A DNA stretch of 64,000 nt. Source: Candidatus Saccharimonadota bacterium (GTDB taxonomy: Bacteria > Patescibacteriota > Saccharimonadia > Saccharimonadales > Saccharimonadaceae). Within the stretch, counting starts at the first letter, position 1. The number at the start of each line of letters is the position of its first letter. Shown here one piece after another: positions 28,826 through 41,121 of the stretch. The notes under the pieces were generated by a model, which made no database searches, was not told where the DNA came from, and worked only from the letters and a program-made list of their open reading frames with translations. A program made the translations under genes and the position numbers. Location of the stretch: NCBI GenBank assembly GCA_905365145.1, contig CAJPIO010000001.1, positions 63,484 through 127,483 on the forward strand, in the 5' to 3' direction.

Positions 28826-29424
28826 ACCATTACGGTATCACAACAGCCATGCTTTTTGCTACCCTGACCATACAACGGACACTCTTGGCATAATTCCAAT
28901 GCCTCTGGGGGCACTTCGTCTGCTGATTCTATCTCGCGCCCGCCAAGCCGTTTGGCTATAGGCAGGCTATCTGAATTACAAAATGCATAAGGTGTAATTC
29001 CTTCGTCTTGCATTGCCTTAATAATTCTTTCAAATAAAATCGTTCCGACGCCGTGACCGCGTAGGCTATCGTCGACTTTGAGCGAGCCGACTTCAGACAT
29101 TAGACGGGCGCCGTGCTTGATTGGTTCCATCGCTCCAACGTATCCGACTACATTGTTCGTGATAAAGCTAGCGTCTATAATGTCTTCAGCTTCAGGCAGT
29201 CGCAAGGCTACGATACCAGTGTACTTACCAGCGATATCCGCATAAGATACAGGTAGCATCTGCTTATCGCCTGGTTTGCGGCGGTTGACTAACTTAGCAA
29301 TCGCTTCTATAGCAGTGGACGCCTTATCGTCGCCTAAGTGCAAAGTTAGTTCGCCTAGAGGCATAATCAACAGTTTAACTTCCGCTTCTTTCGACTTTGG
29401 GGCGGTGGTGATTACTTCAGCCAT
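28795..29424 (-). CDS. GNAT acetyltransferase, short ArgA-like
   Basis: EVGSLKVDDSLRGHGVGT motif A; C-terminal ELCQECP..CCDTVM resembles the Cys tail of short ArgA proteins. Confidence 0.7.
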   Translation of the reverse strand: MAEVITTAPKSKEAEVKLLIMPLGELTLHLGDDKASTAIEAIAKLVNRRKPGDKQMLPVSYADIAGKYTGIVALRLPEAEDIIDASFITNNVVGYVGAMEPIKHGARLMSEVGSLKVDDSLRGHGVGTILFERIIKAMQDEGITPYAFCNSDSLPIAKRLGGREIESADEVPPEALELCQECPLYGQGSKKHGCCDTVMVWNKTQNADG

Positions 29425-29506
29425 ATCTTTATATTATAGCATAAATATTATAGAAATACAAGGGCAGCTAATGTGCTAGTGGCGGCAATGAGATATAATA
29501 AATGCT

Positions 29507-30220
29507 ATGAATAATAAGCAAACTCCTGAACTTAATAAAGTTAAACTATTGGTTCGTGAATTACTGGGCGGCGACACCTCAGGACACGCTGACGATCATG
29601 TCGAGCGGGTGGCGCTGCTGGCGGAGCGTTTTGCTAGCGAATGCAGTGAGCCAGTGGATCTGCAAGAGGTGCTGTTGACGGCTTGGCTGCATGACGTAGA
29701 TGACTATAAATTAGTCGGCAAGGCGCAGGCAGAGAAATTGACGAACGCAGTAAATATTATGACGCAAGCAGAAGTGGCTGATGATCTAAGTCGGGCGGTG
29801 CTAGAAAATGTTGCGGCGATTGGTTATAGCAAACGACTGAACGGCAAACAGCCGCAGCGGCTGGCGGGGCAGCTGGTGTCTGACGCTGATATGTGCGACG
29901 CTATCGGTGCAGTTGGGATTGAGCGGGCGCTGGTCTATGCTTGCCATCACGGCGGGCGGATTTTTGATCCCGCGGTTTGGCCGAATGTTAATCTGGCGGC
30001 GCACGAATATAATGCTGACGGCAATACGCATGATACCGACGGCTTCATCAATCACTTTTTTGAAAAGCTGCTGAAACTGAAAGACTTGATGCTGACCAAG
30101 CCAGGACGAATAGAGGCGGAAAACCGCCAGCAAATTATGGTTGATTTCTTGCGCCATTATTTCCGCGAGAAGAATGCGCTGGAGTGGAGCGAGTTTTTAG
30201 AAGAATACTTACGCCGTTGA
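29507..30220 (+). CDS. HD domain phosphohydrolase
   Basis: GH..DHVERV, WLHDVDDYK, DADMCDAIGAVGI and HFFEKLLKL motifs. Confidence 0.9.
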   Translation: MNNKQTPELNKVKLLVRELLGGDTSGHADDHVERVALLAERFASECSEPVDLQEVLLTAWLHDVDDYKLVGKAQAEKLTNAVNIMTQAEVADDLSRAVLENVAAIGYSKRLNGKQPQRLAGQLVSDADMCDAIGAVGIERALVYACHHGGRIFDPAVWPNVNLAAHEYNADGNTHDTDGFINHFFEKLLKLKDLMLTKPGRIEAENRQQIMVDFLRHYFREKNALEWSEFLEEYLRR

Positions 30221-30244
30221 TAGGTAGCTGAAGTACTTCCTTGT

Positions 30245-31075
30245 TTATTCCGATTCTCTGCCTGGAAAGTTGGTACCCAAAATTTTTAAGCCGGCGTCGA
30301 CGACCAATTGGCAGGCTTGCCGTTGCGAGAGGGGAGCGAGGTGCTTGTTTTCGCCGCTTGGATGGAGTGAATGGCCAGCTCCTGGTATGACGATAGCTCG
30401 TTGTCTGGCTCCGTGTAATCCGCGCAGTTGCCAACTTCGCCTCCAGCTGCTAACAATTAACGGAGTATTAGTATTCCAGTCTCTTTCTGCTGCAATTACT
30501 GCTGCGCGGCCAATTTCGACTGATTGGTGTAGTTGCTTTTCTAGATCGCGAGTTTCTTGGATATCATGAAAATACTTCTGAGGAATAGGAAGCCATTCGT
30601 GGTGTAGAACGCTGAAATCACCTATCTTGCCGTCTGGAAATGTCGGACATTGCATCTCTGTATCATTATGGCGTCGTCGTTTTCTAGAATTTGGCAGTTT
30701 AATTACTTCGTCGGGGTTTGGTAATGGGGGCGAAAAGGTTACAAGCGCTGCGTTTATGTTTTCTTCTGTCATGGACAATAATGCCTGATGGGCAGCGATT
30801 GTACCCATACACTGAGCTATTAGTAATACAGGACCTTCTTCGCCTTTCTCTTTGGCTCCGTCAGACATGTTATCCATTATTTCTTCATATTGCTCTGAGG
30901 GAGAGCGGACGCGAGAGCCGATTGCGTCATCGGTAACGCCGTGAATATTATGAGGAGTAATGTTATACTCTGACAGGGTATTTTTAATATGATTAAAAGC
31001 GACTGAACCTCTTGTCAAATGACTACCGCCCCCGCCTATGCAAAAAGTTGTTATCGGCCGTCTTAAATTATCCAT
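30245..31075 (-). CDS. Alpha/beta-hydrolase-like hypothetical protein
   Basis: LLIAQCMGTIAA elbow-like motif and VIPGAGHSL; start taken at ATG 31075. Confidence 0.55.
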   Translation of the reverse strand: MDNLRRPITTFCIGGGGSHLTRGSVAFNHIKNTLSEYNITPHNIHGVTDDAIGSRVRSPSEQYEEIMDNMSDGAKEKGEEGPVLLIAQCMGTIAAHQALLSMTEENINAALVTFSPPLPNPDEVIKLPNSRKRRRHNDTEMQCPTFPDGKIGDFSVLHHEWLPIPQKYFHDIQETRDLEKQLHQSVEIGRAAVIAAERDWNTNTPLIVSSWRRSWQLRGLHGARQRAIVIPGAGHSLHPSGENKHLAPLSQRQACQLVVDAGLKILGTNFPGRESE

Positions 31076-31154
31076 CGTTTCCTTTATTATAATATCACAC
31101 ATTGCATATTTGTCAAATGCATAAGCTAATGTATCATTATGTTAATATTGAAAT

Positions 31155-31760
31155 ATGAATCAGGCGATAATTGTTCACGGTAAGCCGTCCAAACGATCGT
31201 ATTTCAATCCAAATCTACCGAGCGCTAGTAACTCGATTTGGATTCCATGGCTGCAACAGCAGCTGCTAATTCGTGGTATTGACACTCAGACGCCCGAGAT
31301 GCCTGAATCATGGCGACCAGATTACTCACTGTGGCGACAGACTTTTGAAAAGTATGATGTAAATTCGGAAACAATATTGGTTGGTCATAGTTGTGGCGGG
31401 GGTTTTCTAATTCAATGGATGAGTGAGAATCCGCAAATTTGTGCAGGCGACGTTTATCTTGTTGCGCCAGCTTTTGGCGATAAGTTTAATCCCGAAGCTC
31501 CATATGACGAGCCGCTTCGTGGCGGTTTTTTTGATTTTGAGATTGACGAGGCGCTACTTGATCGCGTACGTAGTCTAACTATATTCTACTCTGACAATGA
31601 CTCGGTGCGAGTTGATACTGCAATAAAAATTATAAAAAAATCTTTCCCGTCTGCCTGTTATCGATTATTTCCGGGATATGGGCATTTCTGTGGTAAGCGC
31701 GACATGGCCGACGATACTTTTCCTGAGTTGTTTGAGACAATATTGCGTAATAGAAAATAA
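31155..31760 (+). CDS. RBBP9/YdeN family alpha/beta hydrolase
   Basis: IIVHG, WIPWL, LVGHSCGG, YSDND and GHF motifs. Confidence 0.88.
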   Translation: MNQAIIVHGKPSKRSYFNPNLPSASNSIWIPWLQQQLLIRGIDTQTPEMPESWRPDYSLWRQTFEKYDVNSETILVGHSCGGGFLIQWMSENPQICAGDVYLVAPAFGDKFNPEAPYDEPLRGGFFDFEIDEALLDRVRSLTIFYSDNDSVRVDTAIKIIKKSFPSACYRLFPGYGHFCGKRDMADDTFPELFETILRNRK

Positions 31761-31828
31761 TTATTGAAGAGAGCTTTGACTGACATTATTCGCAGCTTGA
31801 TTGCTTGATATAAGATATAATAGTACTT

Positions 31829-33409
31829 GTGAATAAACAGTTACAGCAAAAGCTCAAAACTCTACCGCGCAGCCCCGGTGTTTATTTTCATAAGTCGGCG
31901 AGCGGCGAGATCATCTATATAGGCAAAGCAGCGGTGTTAAAAAACCGTGTGCGGCAGTATTTTCAGAGCGGCAAAGATTTTGACGCCAAAACTCGAGCAC
32001 TGGTAGCCGAAATTTATGATACCGATTGGATCGAAACCGAGAGCGAGATTGACGCGCTATTCCTAGAAAGCGAGATGATCAAGCGTTATATGCCGCGCTA
32101 CAATATTCTGCTGCGCGATGATAAATCACAAACTTTCGTACGAATTGATATGAAAAGCGAATGGCCGACGGTGACTTTTACGCGCAGTCCTGCTGATGAC
32201 GGTGCGACCTACATTGGTCCTTTTTATAGTGGTTTGCCAGTCAAGAAGGCGCTGCGTTATTTGCGCAAAATTTTTCCTTATTATATCAAGCCGCCCAAGC
32301 GCGAACACGCTAATTTAGAAGAGCAAATCGGTTTGGCGCCCAGCCTTGATATGACTAGTCACGAGTACAAGAAATCTTTGCGCAAGCTGATCAAATATAT
32401 CGAGGGCGGGCGCGTCAAAATCGCGCAAGAAATTGAACGCGACATGAAGCGAGCGGCGCGCAATCAAGAATTCGAGACAGCGGCGCAACTTCGCAATAAA
32501 TTGACATATTTACGCGAGCTGCAGCGGCGAATTATGTTCGGCGATCGAGAGTTCATTAATATTTCGAAAGATCGGGCACTATCGCAGTTAGCCGAGCTAT
32601 TGAGTTTGCCATCGCCGCCAGCGAGGATTGAGGGCTATGATATCTCACATATGAGCGGCACCAACGTTGTAGCCAGCATGGTAGTCTTCACCAATGGCGC
32701 GAGCGACCGGACGCATTATCGTAAGTTCAAGATGCACGTGCAGCGTAACGACGACACTGCTAATATGCGCGAGACTATCAGGCGGCGCTTTAGCGAGAAA
32801 AATCGTAAAGATTGGGGGATGTCGGATTTGCTGCTGATTGATGGCGGTAAAGGGCAGCTTAGTGCAGTGCTCGACGAATTAGACAGGCTAGACGTTACGG
32901 TGCCAGTAATTGGCATAGCGAAGCGTGAAGAAGAAATCGTTGTCGCCAAGAATCGTTCGCATATTAACGACGATGACGCGCTGCTTGGACAGTTGATGAA
33001 AGAATCGCGTCCCGGTATTAGCGTGCTGGATTCTGGTGATTTTTACTTAATTAATTTGCATGCTGGGCAGCAAAATGCTGGTTCGCACTCGCGAAATCTG
33101 CGCGGCAGCGATACTATGAGTGAATATGATGATGTCGTAAAGTTATTCCAACGTATTCGCGACGAGGCGCACCGTTTTGCCGTCAGTTATCATACAAAGC
33201 TCAAGCGCAAAGGCGCCACAAAAAGCGAGCTTGACGACATTCCTGGTGTAGGTCCGGCAACGCGGCGCAAATTACTGCGGCGCTTTGGCAGTATGCGGGC
33301 AGTTAGGCGAGCTAGCCAAACGGAAATTTGCGATGCTATCGGGCAAGCGCTAGGAACTCGCGTCTATGAGGCTTTTTGCCACCAGAGCGGCGATATGCCG
33401 CAACTATGA
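31829..33409 (+). CDS. uvrC: Excinuclease ABC subunit C
   Basis: GIY-YIG segment PGVY..IIYIGKA; UVR domain; IEGYDISH, IDGGKGQL, IRDEAHRFA; HhH IPGVG. Confidence 0.96.
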   Translation: MNKQLQQKLKTLPRSPGVYFHKSASGEIIYIGKAAVLKNRVRQYFQSGKDFDAKTRALVAEIYDTDWIETESEIDALFLESEMIKRYMPRYNILLRDDKSQTFVRIDMKSEWPTVTFTRSPADDGATYIGPFYSGLPVKKALRYLRKIFPYYIKPPKREHANLEEQIGLAPSLDMTSHEYKKSLRKLIKYIEGGRVKIAQEIERDMKRAARNQEFETAAQLRNKLTYLRELQRRIMFGDREFINISKDRALSQLAELLSLPSPPARIEGYDISHMSGTNVVASMVVFTNGASDRTHYRKFKMHVQRNDDTANMRETIRRRFSEKNRKDWGMSDLLLIDGGKGQLSAVLDELDRLDVTVPVIGIAKREEEIVVAKNRSHINDDDALLGQLMKESRPGISVLDSGDFYLINLHAGQQNAGSHSRNLRGSDTMSEYDDVVKLFQRIRDEAHRFAVSYHTKLKRKGATKSELDDIPGVGPATRRKLLRRFGSMRAVRRASQTEICDAIGQALGTRVYEAFCHQSGDMPQL

Positions 33410-33441
33410 AAAATACGGCTGATGCGGTATACTGTAGCAGT

Positions 33442-33837
33442 ATGAGTAAACAATTTATAGCTTTTATTCTCCGGTGGATACTGAACTCGCTGGGAATTTG
33501 GGTAGCGGTGCGGATTTTTGGCACGGGTTATAGCAATGCTCAAATCGATTCTAGTTTGATGGCCTTTTTCGGCGCCGGGCTGATTTTTTCAATTATCAAC
33601 GCGACACTTAAGCCGATTGTGATGATTTTGTCGTTGCCGATGATTTTGGTAACGCTTGGCTTTTTCACGATAGTTGTTAACGGTTTTTTGGTTTGGCTAT
33701 CATTGATGCTGGCGCCAGGCTTGCAAATGACGTTCTTGAATTCGATTTTTGCAGGCTTGATATTAAGTTTGGTAAACTATGTAGTAAGTAGTGTTCTGGA
33801 GCTTAGTTATCACGACGAACGAGAGGAGAAATCATAA
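33442..33837 (+). CDS. YvlD-like four-TM membrane protein ('phage holin superfamily IV')
   Basis: INATLKPIV.ILSLP.ILVTLGFF.IVVNG motif. Confidence 0.85.
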   Translation: MSKQFIAFILRWILNSLGIWVAVRIFGTGYSNAQIDSSLMAFFGAGLIFSIINATLKPIVMILSLPMILVTLGFFTIVVNGFLVWLSLMLAPGLQMTFLNSIFAGLILSLVNYVVSSVLELSYHDEREEKS

Positions 33838-33838
33838 A

Positions 33839-34069
33839 ATGGACGTAACGCTAACTTTGCAAATTGTTATGGTAGTATCGGCAGTGCTGATGATAATTTC
33901 GGTTCTGCTGCAGCAGCGCGGGGCTAGCCTGGGCGCTGGATTTGGTGGTTCTGGCGAATTGTATACGACGCGGCGCGGTATCGATAAAAACTTGTTTGAA
34001 GTGACGATTTTCTTGGCTGTAGCTTTCGTGATGTCGATTGTAGCGCTATTAGTTTTGCCGAATTTATAA
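33839..34069 (+). CDS. secG: Preprotein translocase subunit SecG
   Basis: VLLQQRGASLGAGFGGS..RRG.DK.L motif with two TMs. Confidence 0.92.
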   Translation: MDVTLTLQIVMVVSAVLMIISVLLQQRGASLGAGFGGSGELYTTRRGIDKNLFEVTIFLAVAFVMSIVALLVLPNL

Positions 34070-34090
34070 AATAGCCAAGGGTGGACACGG

Positions 34091-35869
34091 ATGAGCAAGG
34101 CAGGTAAAGGTAAACTGAAGCTAGGCTATAAGCGATTAGCGCTGAGAGTCAAGCATGCCGAAGGCGCCACGCAGCGTCACGCTAGCCGCTTTATTCTGCG
34201 GCGTATTGAAAATGTCCGCTTAGTGATGACCGAGATTATGATTTGGCTGGCTGCTATAGCCTTGTTGATAGCTGGCTTGGGTATTCAGTATTCCTGGAAT
34301 TCGCAAGGTAGCAAGAAGGATGGCGCTAAATCTGGCGGCGTGTATGTCGAGGGAGTGATTGGCAATATTAGCACGCTTAATCCTTTGCTAGCGGCTAGCG
34401 AGCCTGAACAGGCGGTATCACGGCTGTTATTTTCGTCTCTGTATAATTACGATGTTACCGGAGCGTTGCATACTGACTTGGCCGAATCAATGACGGTAAA
34501 AGATGACAAAGTCTATACAATCAAGCTGCGCAATGCCGTCTGGCACGATGGTAAAAAGTTGACTGCCGAGGACGTTGTATATACAATTAATCTGATCAAA
34601 AACCCGCAAGTGCGTTCGCCTTTGCGAGTTAATTGGCTAGATATTTCGGCGCGGGCGATTGACGATTCAACGGTAGAGTTTATGCTACCAGCGGTGTATG
34701 CCGGGTTTTCGCACGCCTTGACTTTTCCGGTAATACCTAAGCATATTTTGCAAAGTGTTAGTCCGTCGTCAATGCGCGAAGCTGATTTTAGCAGCAACCC
34801 GGTCGGCAGCGGACCATTTGCGGTTAAACGAGTTCAAACTAGCGAGTCAACTAGCTCTACCGACGTGGTGCGGATGGAACCGAATACTAAATATTACGGA
34901 GCAGTTTCGACTTTGTTGCGCCTGGAGCTGCGAGCTTACGGCAATGAGTCGCTGTTAGTTAAAGCTGTAAATAGCGGTGAGGTTTCGGCGGCTTCGGGCT
35001 TATCTTTGTCGGCTGCTGATAACATTAAATCTAAACAGTACTCGACTAAACATTGGCTTCTCAACAAAGGCGTCTATCTTTTGATGAATAATCGCAGTCA
35101 AACACTTCAAGATGCTAGAGTTCGCCAGGCCTTACGCTACGCTACTGATACTTCATCAATTCGCGCAACTGTCGGCGACAATGTGGCGCGGCTAGATACG
35201 CCGATTTTGCAAAGTCAGATTGCGCAAAAACTGCCGGCAGCGCCAGATTATAGTTTAGATAAGGCCAAAGCGTTGCTCAAAGAAGCGGGCTGGACTTATA
35301 ACCAAGGCCAATGGAAAGGCAAGGACGGCCGGCCGTTGGCGGTTGCTGTGACAACTTCGTCTGGGCGCGATGAATACAAGAAAATAGTCGATGCGCTTAA
35401 GCAGCAGTGGTCAAAGCTTGGCGTTGATGTCCAGCTGCGCGAAATCGATACCAGCTCGACAACTACTAGTTTCGTACAAAGCGTGTTGCAGCCGCGCGAC
35501 TACGATGCTTTGTTGTATGAATTGGAGCTTGGCGCCGATCCAGACGTTTTTGCCTACTGGCATTCGTCGCAGGCTAGCGCTTCTGGTTACAATTTTGCTA
35601 ATTATTCTAATCGAACAGTTGATAACGATCTGGTTGGCGGGCGTTCGCGCACTAATTCAGCTCTGCGGGCAGCTAAGTATATTCAGTTTGTTAACCAGTG
35701 GTTGAATGATGCGCCAGCGATTGGTTTGTATCAATCTGTCGGCAGCTACGTTTTGAACAATGGCGCGTCGATTGTTGAGCCGCGCGGTTCTCTAAATACC
35801 ATGAACGATCGCTACGCTGACGTAACGACGTGGTCTACGGGTAGGGCTTCTGTTTACAAAACGCCGTGA
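34091..35869 (+). CDS. Peptide ABC transporter substrate-binding protein (family 5), membrane anchored
   Basis: LNPL, WHDG..LTAEDVVYT, PVGSGPF and VRQAL motifs. Confidence 0.88.
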   Translation: MSKAGKGKLKLGYKRLALRVKHAEGATQRHASRFILRRIENVRLVMTEIMIWLAAIALLIAGLGIQYSWNSQGSKKDGAKSGGVYVEGVIGNISTLNPLLAASEPEQAVSRLLFSSLYNYDVTGALHTDLAESMTVKDDKVYTIKLRNAVWHDGKKLTAEDVVYTINLIKNPQVRSPLRVNWLDISARAIDDSTVEFMLPAVYAGFSHALTFPVIPKHILQSVSPSSMREADFSSNPVGSGPFAVKRVQTSESTSSTDVVRMEPNTKYYGAVSTLLRLELRAYGNESLLVKAVNSGEVSAASGLSLSAADNIKSKQYSTKHWLLNKGVYLLMNNRSQTLQDARVRQALRYATDTSSIRATVGDNVARLDTPILQSQIAQKLPAAPDYSLDKAKALLKEAGWTYNQGQWKGKDGRPLAVAVTTSSGRDEYKKIVDALKQQWSKLGVDVQLREIDTSSTTTSFVQSVLQPRDYDALLYELELGADPDVFAYWHSSQASASGYNFANYSNRTVDNDLVGGRSRTNSALRAAKYIQFVNQWLNDAPAIGLYQSVGSYVLNNGASIVEPRGSLNTMNDRYADVTTWSTGRASVYKTP

Positions 35870-35907
35870 GGTTAGTATAATTATAATCACGCCAATTAAA
35901 GCACTAT

Positions 35908-35995
35908 GCACTGGTGGCGGAATTGGTAGACGCGCTAGCTTGAGGGGCTAGTGGCCATTGCGGCCGTGGAAGTTCAAGTCTTCTTCAGTGCACCA
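35908..35995 (+). tRNA. tRNA-Leu(GAG)
   Basis: Cloverleaf; CTAGC-TT-GAG-GG-GCTAG anticodon arm; long variable arm; CCA end. Confidence 0.95.
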
Positions 35996-36084
35996 AATAT
36001 ACATCATGAAATCGTTGCTCTGCCAGCGATTTTTTCATAGTTAATGTTCAAAGAGCAACTGTAGTTTGGTATAATAAAGCAGAC

Positions 36085-36158
36085 GGCGCGTTGGCGGAGC
36101 GGTTACGCAGAGGTCTGCAAAACCTTTTAGACGAGTTCGACTCTCGTACGTGCCTCCA
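36085..36158 (+). tRNA. tRNA-Cys(GCA)
   Basis: GAGGT-CT-GCA-AA-ACCTT anticodon arm; TCCA end. Confidence 0.95.
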
Positions 36159-36228
36159 TAGTATACTTACTTTGTGAGTATATTAACATGGCGCTTGGCG
36201 ATTAAATGCTGGCGCGTAAATTATGTCT

Positions 36229-36314
36229 GCGCGAGTGGCGGAACTGGTAGACGCGAGGGACTTAAAATCCCTTGACCAAAAGTCGTGCGGGTTCGATTCC
36301 CGCCTTGCGCACCA
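36229..36314 (+). tRNA. tRNA-Leu(TAA)
   Basis: AGGGA-CT-TAA-AA-TCCCT anticodon arm; variable arm; CCA end. Confidence 0.95.
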
Positions 36315-36325
36315 TTAGCTTATTT

Positions 36326-39377
<3,052 letters not shown>

Positions 39378-39390
39378 CGGAGGCATAACC

Positions 39391-39798
39391 ATGATACAGC
39401 AATCACATCGCGCCCTTGCTATCAAACCCGCCGACGCGGTTGTGTTTACTGCTATGTCCAAGAAATATTTTTACATGAGATTTTTCGTAACGAAATTTGC
39501 ACTCGAACAAGGTGTTGTACCAATCAACCCATTTACCAGTTTTGACTATTTTTTGCTCGACGCGGTAGAGCGTGACACGGTGCGACGCGCCAATAATACG
39601 CTGGTGGCGCGCGCTGATGAGCTGTGGGTGTTTGGCGACATCGCTGATGGCGTGCGGTCGGAAATAATGCAGGCTTGGCAGCAGCATAAAACCGTTCGAT
39701 TTTTTGCATTTCGCGACGATAAACGTATTTACGAAGTCACGATTAATGATGTAGTGTATGAAGATGGCGTCGAGTTCCTAATTCATATAGGAGAATAA
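39391..39798 (+). CDS. Nucleoside 2-deoxyribosyltransferase (NDT)-like / DUF4406-like protein
   Basis: GVVPINPF and LVARADELWVFG.IADGVRSEI motifs, with the Glu at the NDT-fold catalytic position. Confidence 0.6.
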   Translation: MIQQSHRALAIKPADAVVFTAMSKKYFYMRFFVTKFALEQGVVPINPFTSFDYFLLDAVERDTVRRANNTLVARADELWVFGDIADGVRSEIMQAWQQHKTVRFFAFRDDKRIYEVTINDVVYEDGVEFLIHIGE

Positions 39799-39799
39799 G

Positions 39800-40684
39800 A
39801 TGAAGAATGATGCCGCCAACCTAAAAACTATCAGAGTCATTCGCCAGAATCATAGGTTTGCGGTTAGCGAAGTAGATTGGTTTGGTGAGCGTGTGTTTTG
39901 CAAGCAGTCGCAGCCCGGGGTGACTGGCAAAGATGAAATATTGCGCGAAGCGAATGGTTTGCGAACTTTTGATAAATTGATTCGTAATTTTAACGATATA
40001 CCATTTACTGTGCCAAAATTGCTGCATTATGACGATATGAAAATCTTAACGCAATTTATTGATGGATGGACGCCAGAGCTAGCCGATGTGTCTGATGACT
40101 TTTTTATACAAAGTTTCGTGCAAATGGATCACTATTTTCGCAATCAGAAACGTAGTTGCTCGCGCTGGTCGCGACAAAATAAAGACGGAGAATATATTTG
40201 GTATAAGCTAGAGCGAATTATATCTGGGTTTAATTTAGAAGTGATACCGCCGGAAATATTTCGGGCTAGCTTGGATTTCTTGCGTGATAATCATAGCTTG
40301 TGCGAAGCTCGACCAATGCATGCGGATTTTACCGAAAATAATCTATTGTATGACGGCGATAAATATTGGCTAGTTGACTTCGAGAGTTTCCGTGATGATT
40401 GGCCGCGCTGGTACGATGTAGTTAATTTTACGTACAACCGCGAGATGGAACGTCCCGAAACCGCCAAACGTATGTGCAATATTCGGCGTTTGGTCATTGA
40501 GCAGTTGGGCGAGGAGCCGACGACTCAGCGAGAAATCGCTTGTATCAAGATCGTACGCGGTTTATCGTTAATTATTGAACACATGACTCTCGGCGGGCGT
40601 AATCACGCAGCGATAGTTCCACTCGACAACGCGTTGCGCCAGAGGATTATAACTTCTTTTACGAAGTTTTTGCCGGCTAGGTGA
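39800..40684 (+). CDS. APH/choline kinase-like phosphotransferase
   Basis: FCK, E, VPKLL, HADFTENNL and LVDFE motifs. Confidence 0.8.
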   Translation: MKNDAANLKTIRVIRQNHRFAVSEVDWFGERVFCKQSQPGVTGKDEILREANGLRTFDKLIRNFNDIPFTVPKLLHYDDMKILTQFIDGWTPELADVSDDFFIQSFVQMDHYFRNQKRSCSRWSRQNKDGEYIWYKLERIISGFNLEVIPPEIFRASLDFLRDNHSLCEARPMHADFTENNLLYDGDKYWLVDFESFRDDWPRWYDVVNFTYNREMERPETAKRMCNIRRLVIEQLGEEPTTQREIACIKIVRGLSLIIEHMTLGGRNHAAIVPLDNALRQRIITSFTKFLPAR

Positions 40685-40696
40685 TAAAATAGGGTT

Positions 40697-41119
40697 ATGA
40701 AAAAGCATAAAATATTCTGTTCATATGCTTTTACTGGCGAGGACAAACTGAAAGTTGAAGCGCGTATGCGCCGAGTGGTTGATTTGCTTGAGGGCTGCGG
40801 GCATGAGGTTTATTGTAATTTGTTTGATAGCGCGACCGAAAGTTACGGCAATCCGCGTCAGTTTTTGCGGCGAGCAATTGATCAAATGAATGAGTGCGAC
40901 AAAATATTAGCGATTCAAACTTCGCCGCGTCGCAGTGAAGGTATGTTGATAGAAATCGGCGTCGCTATGGCTCGCGATAAGTCAATTCTATTGGCGCAAC
41001 ATCAGAGCGCTGCGGGCAAATCGTATTTACCAGATCTCGCTAGGCGGACGCAAACCTGGCATAGTGAAAGCGAGCTGGATACTGCTATTATTACTCTGAT
41101 AAAATCTGAATGCGGTTAA
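40697..41119 (+). CDS. Nucleoside 2-deoxyribosyltransferase-like protein
   Basis: KIFCSYAF, ECDKILAI and SEGMLIEIGVA motifs. Confidence 0.72.
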   Translation: MKKHKIFCSYAFTGEDKLKVEARMRRVVDLLEGCGHEVYCNLFDSATESYGNPRQFLRRAIDQMNECDKILAIQTSPRRSEGMLIEIGVAMARDKSILLAQHQSAAGKSYLPDLARRTQTWHSESELDTAIITLIKSECG

Positions 41120-41121
41120 TC

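Noticed and set aside
28248..28961. 237 aa plus-strand ORF, and similar shadow ORFs (38801-39406, 50212-50757, 63414-63887)
   Set aside because: They lie antisense to well-supported genes and have no motifs of their own.
33442..33837. Prophage suggested by a 'phage holin' family gene
   Set aside because: This YvlD-like gene sits in a housekeeping uvrC-secG context with no phage genes nearby.
36272..36325. N-terminal extension of the membrane protein given in the ORF track
   Set aside because: It overlaps tRNA-Leu(TAA); ATG 36326 is the more plausible start.
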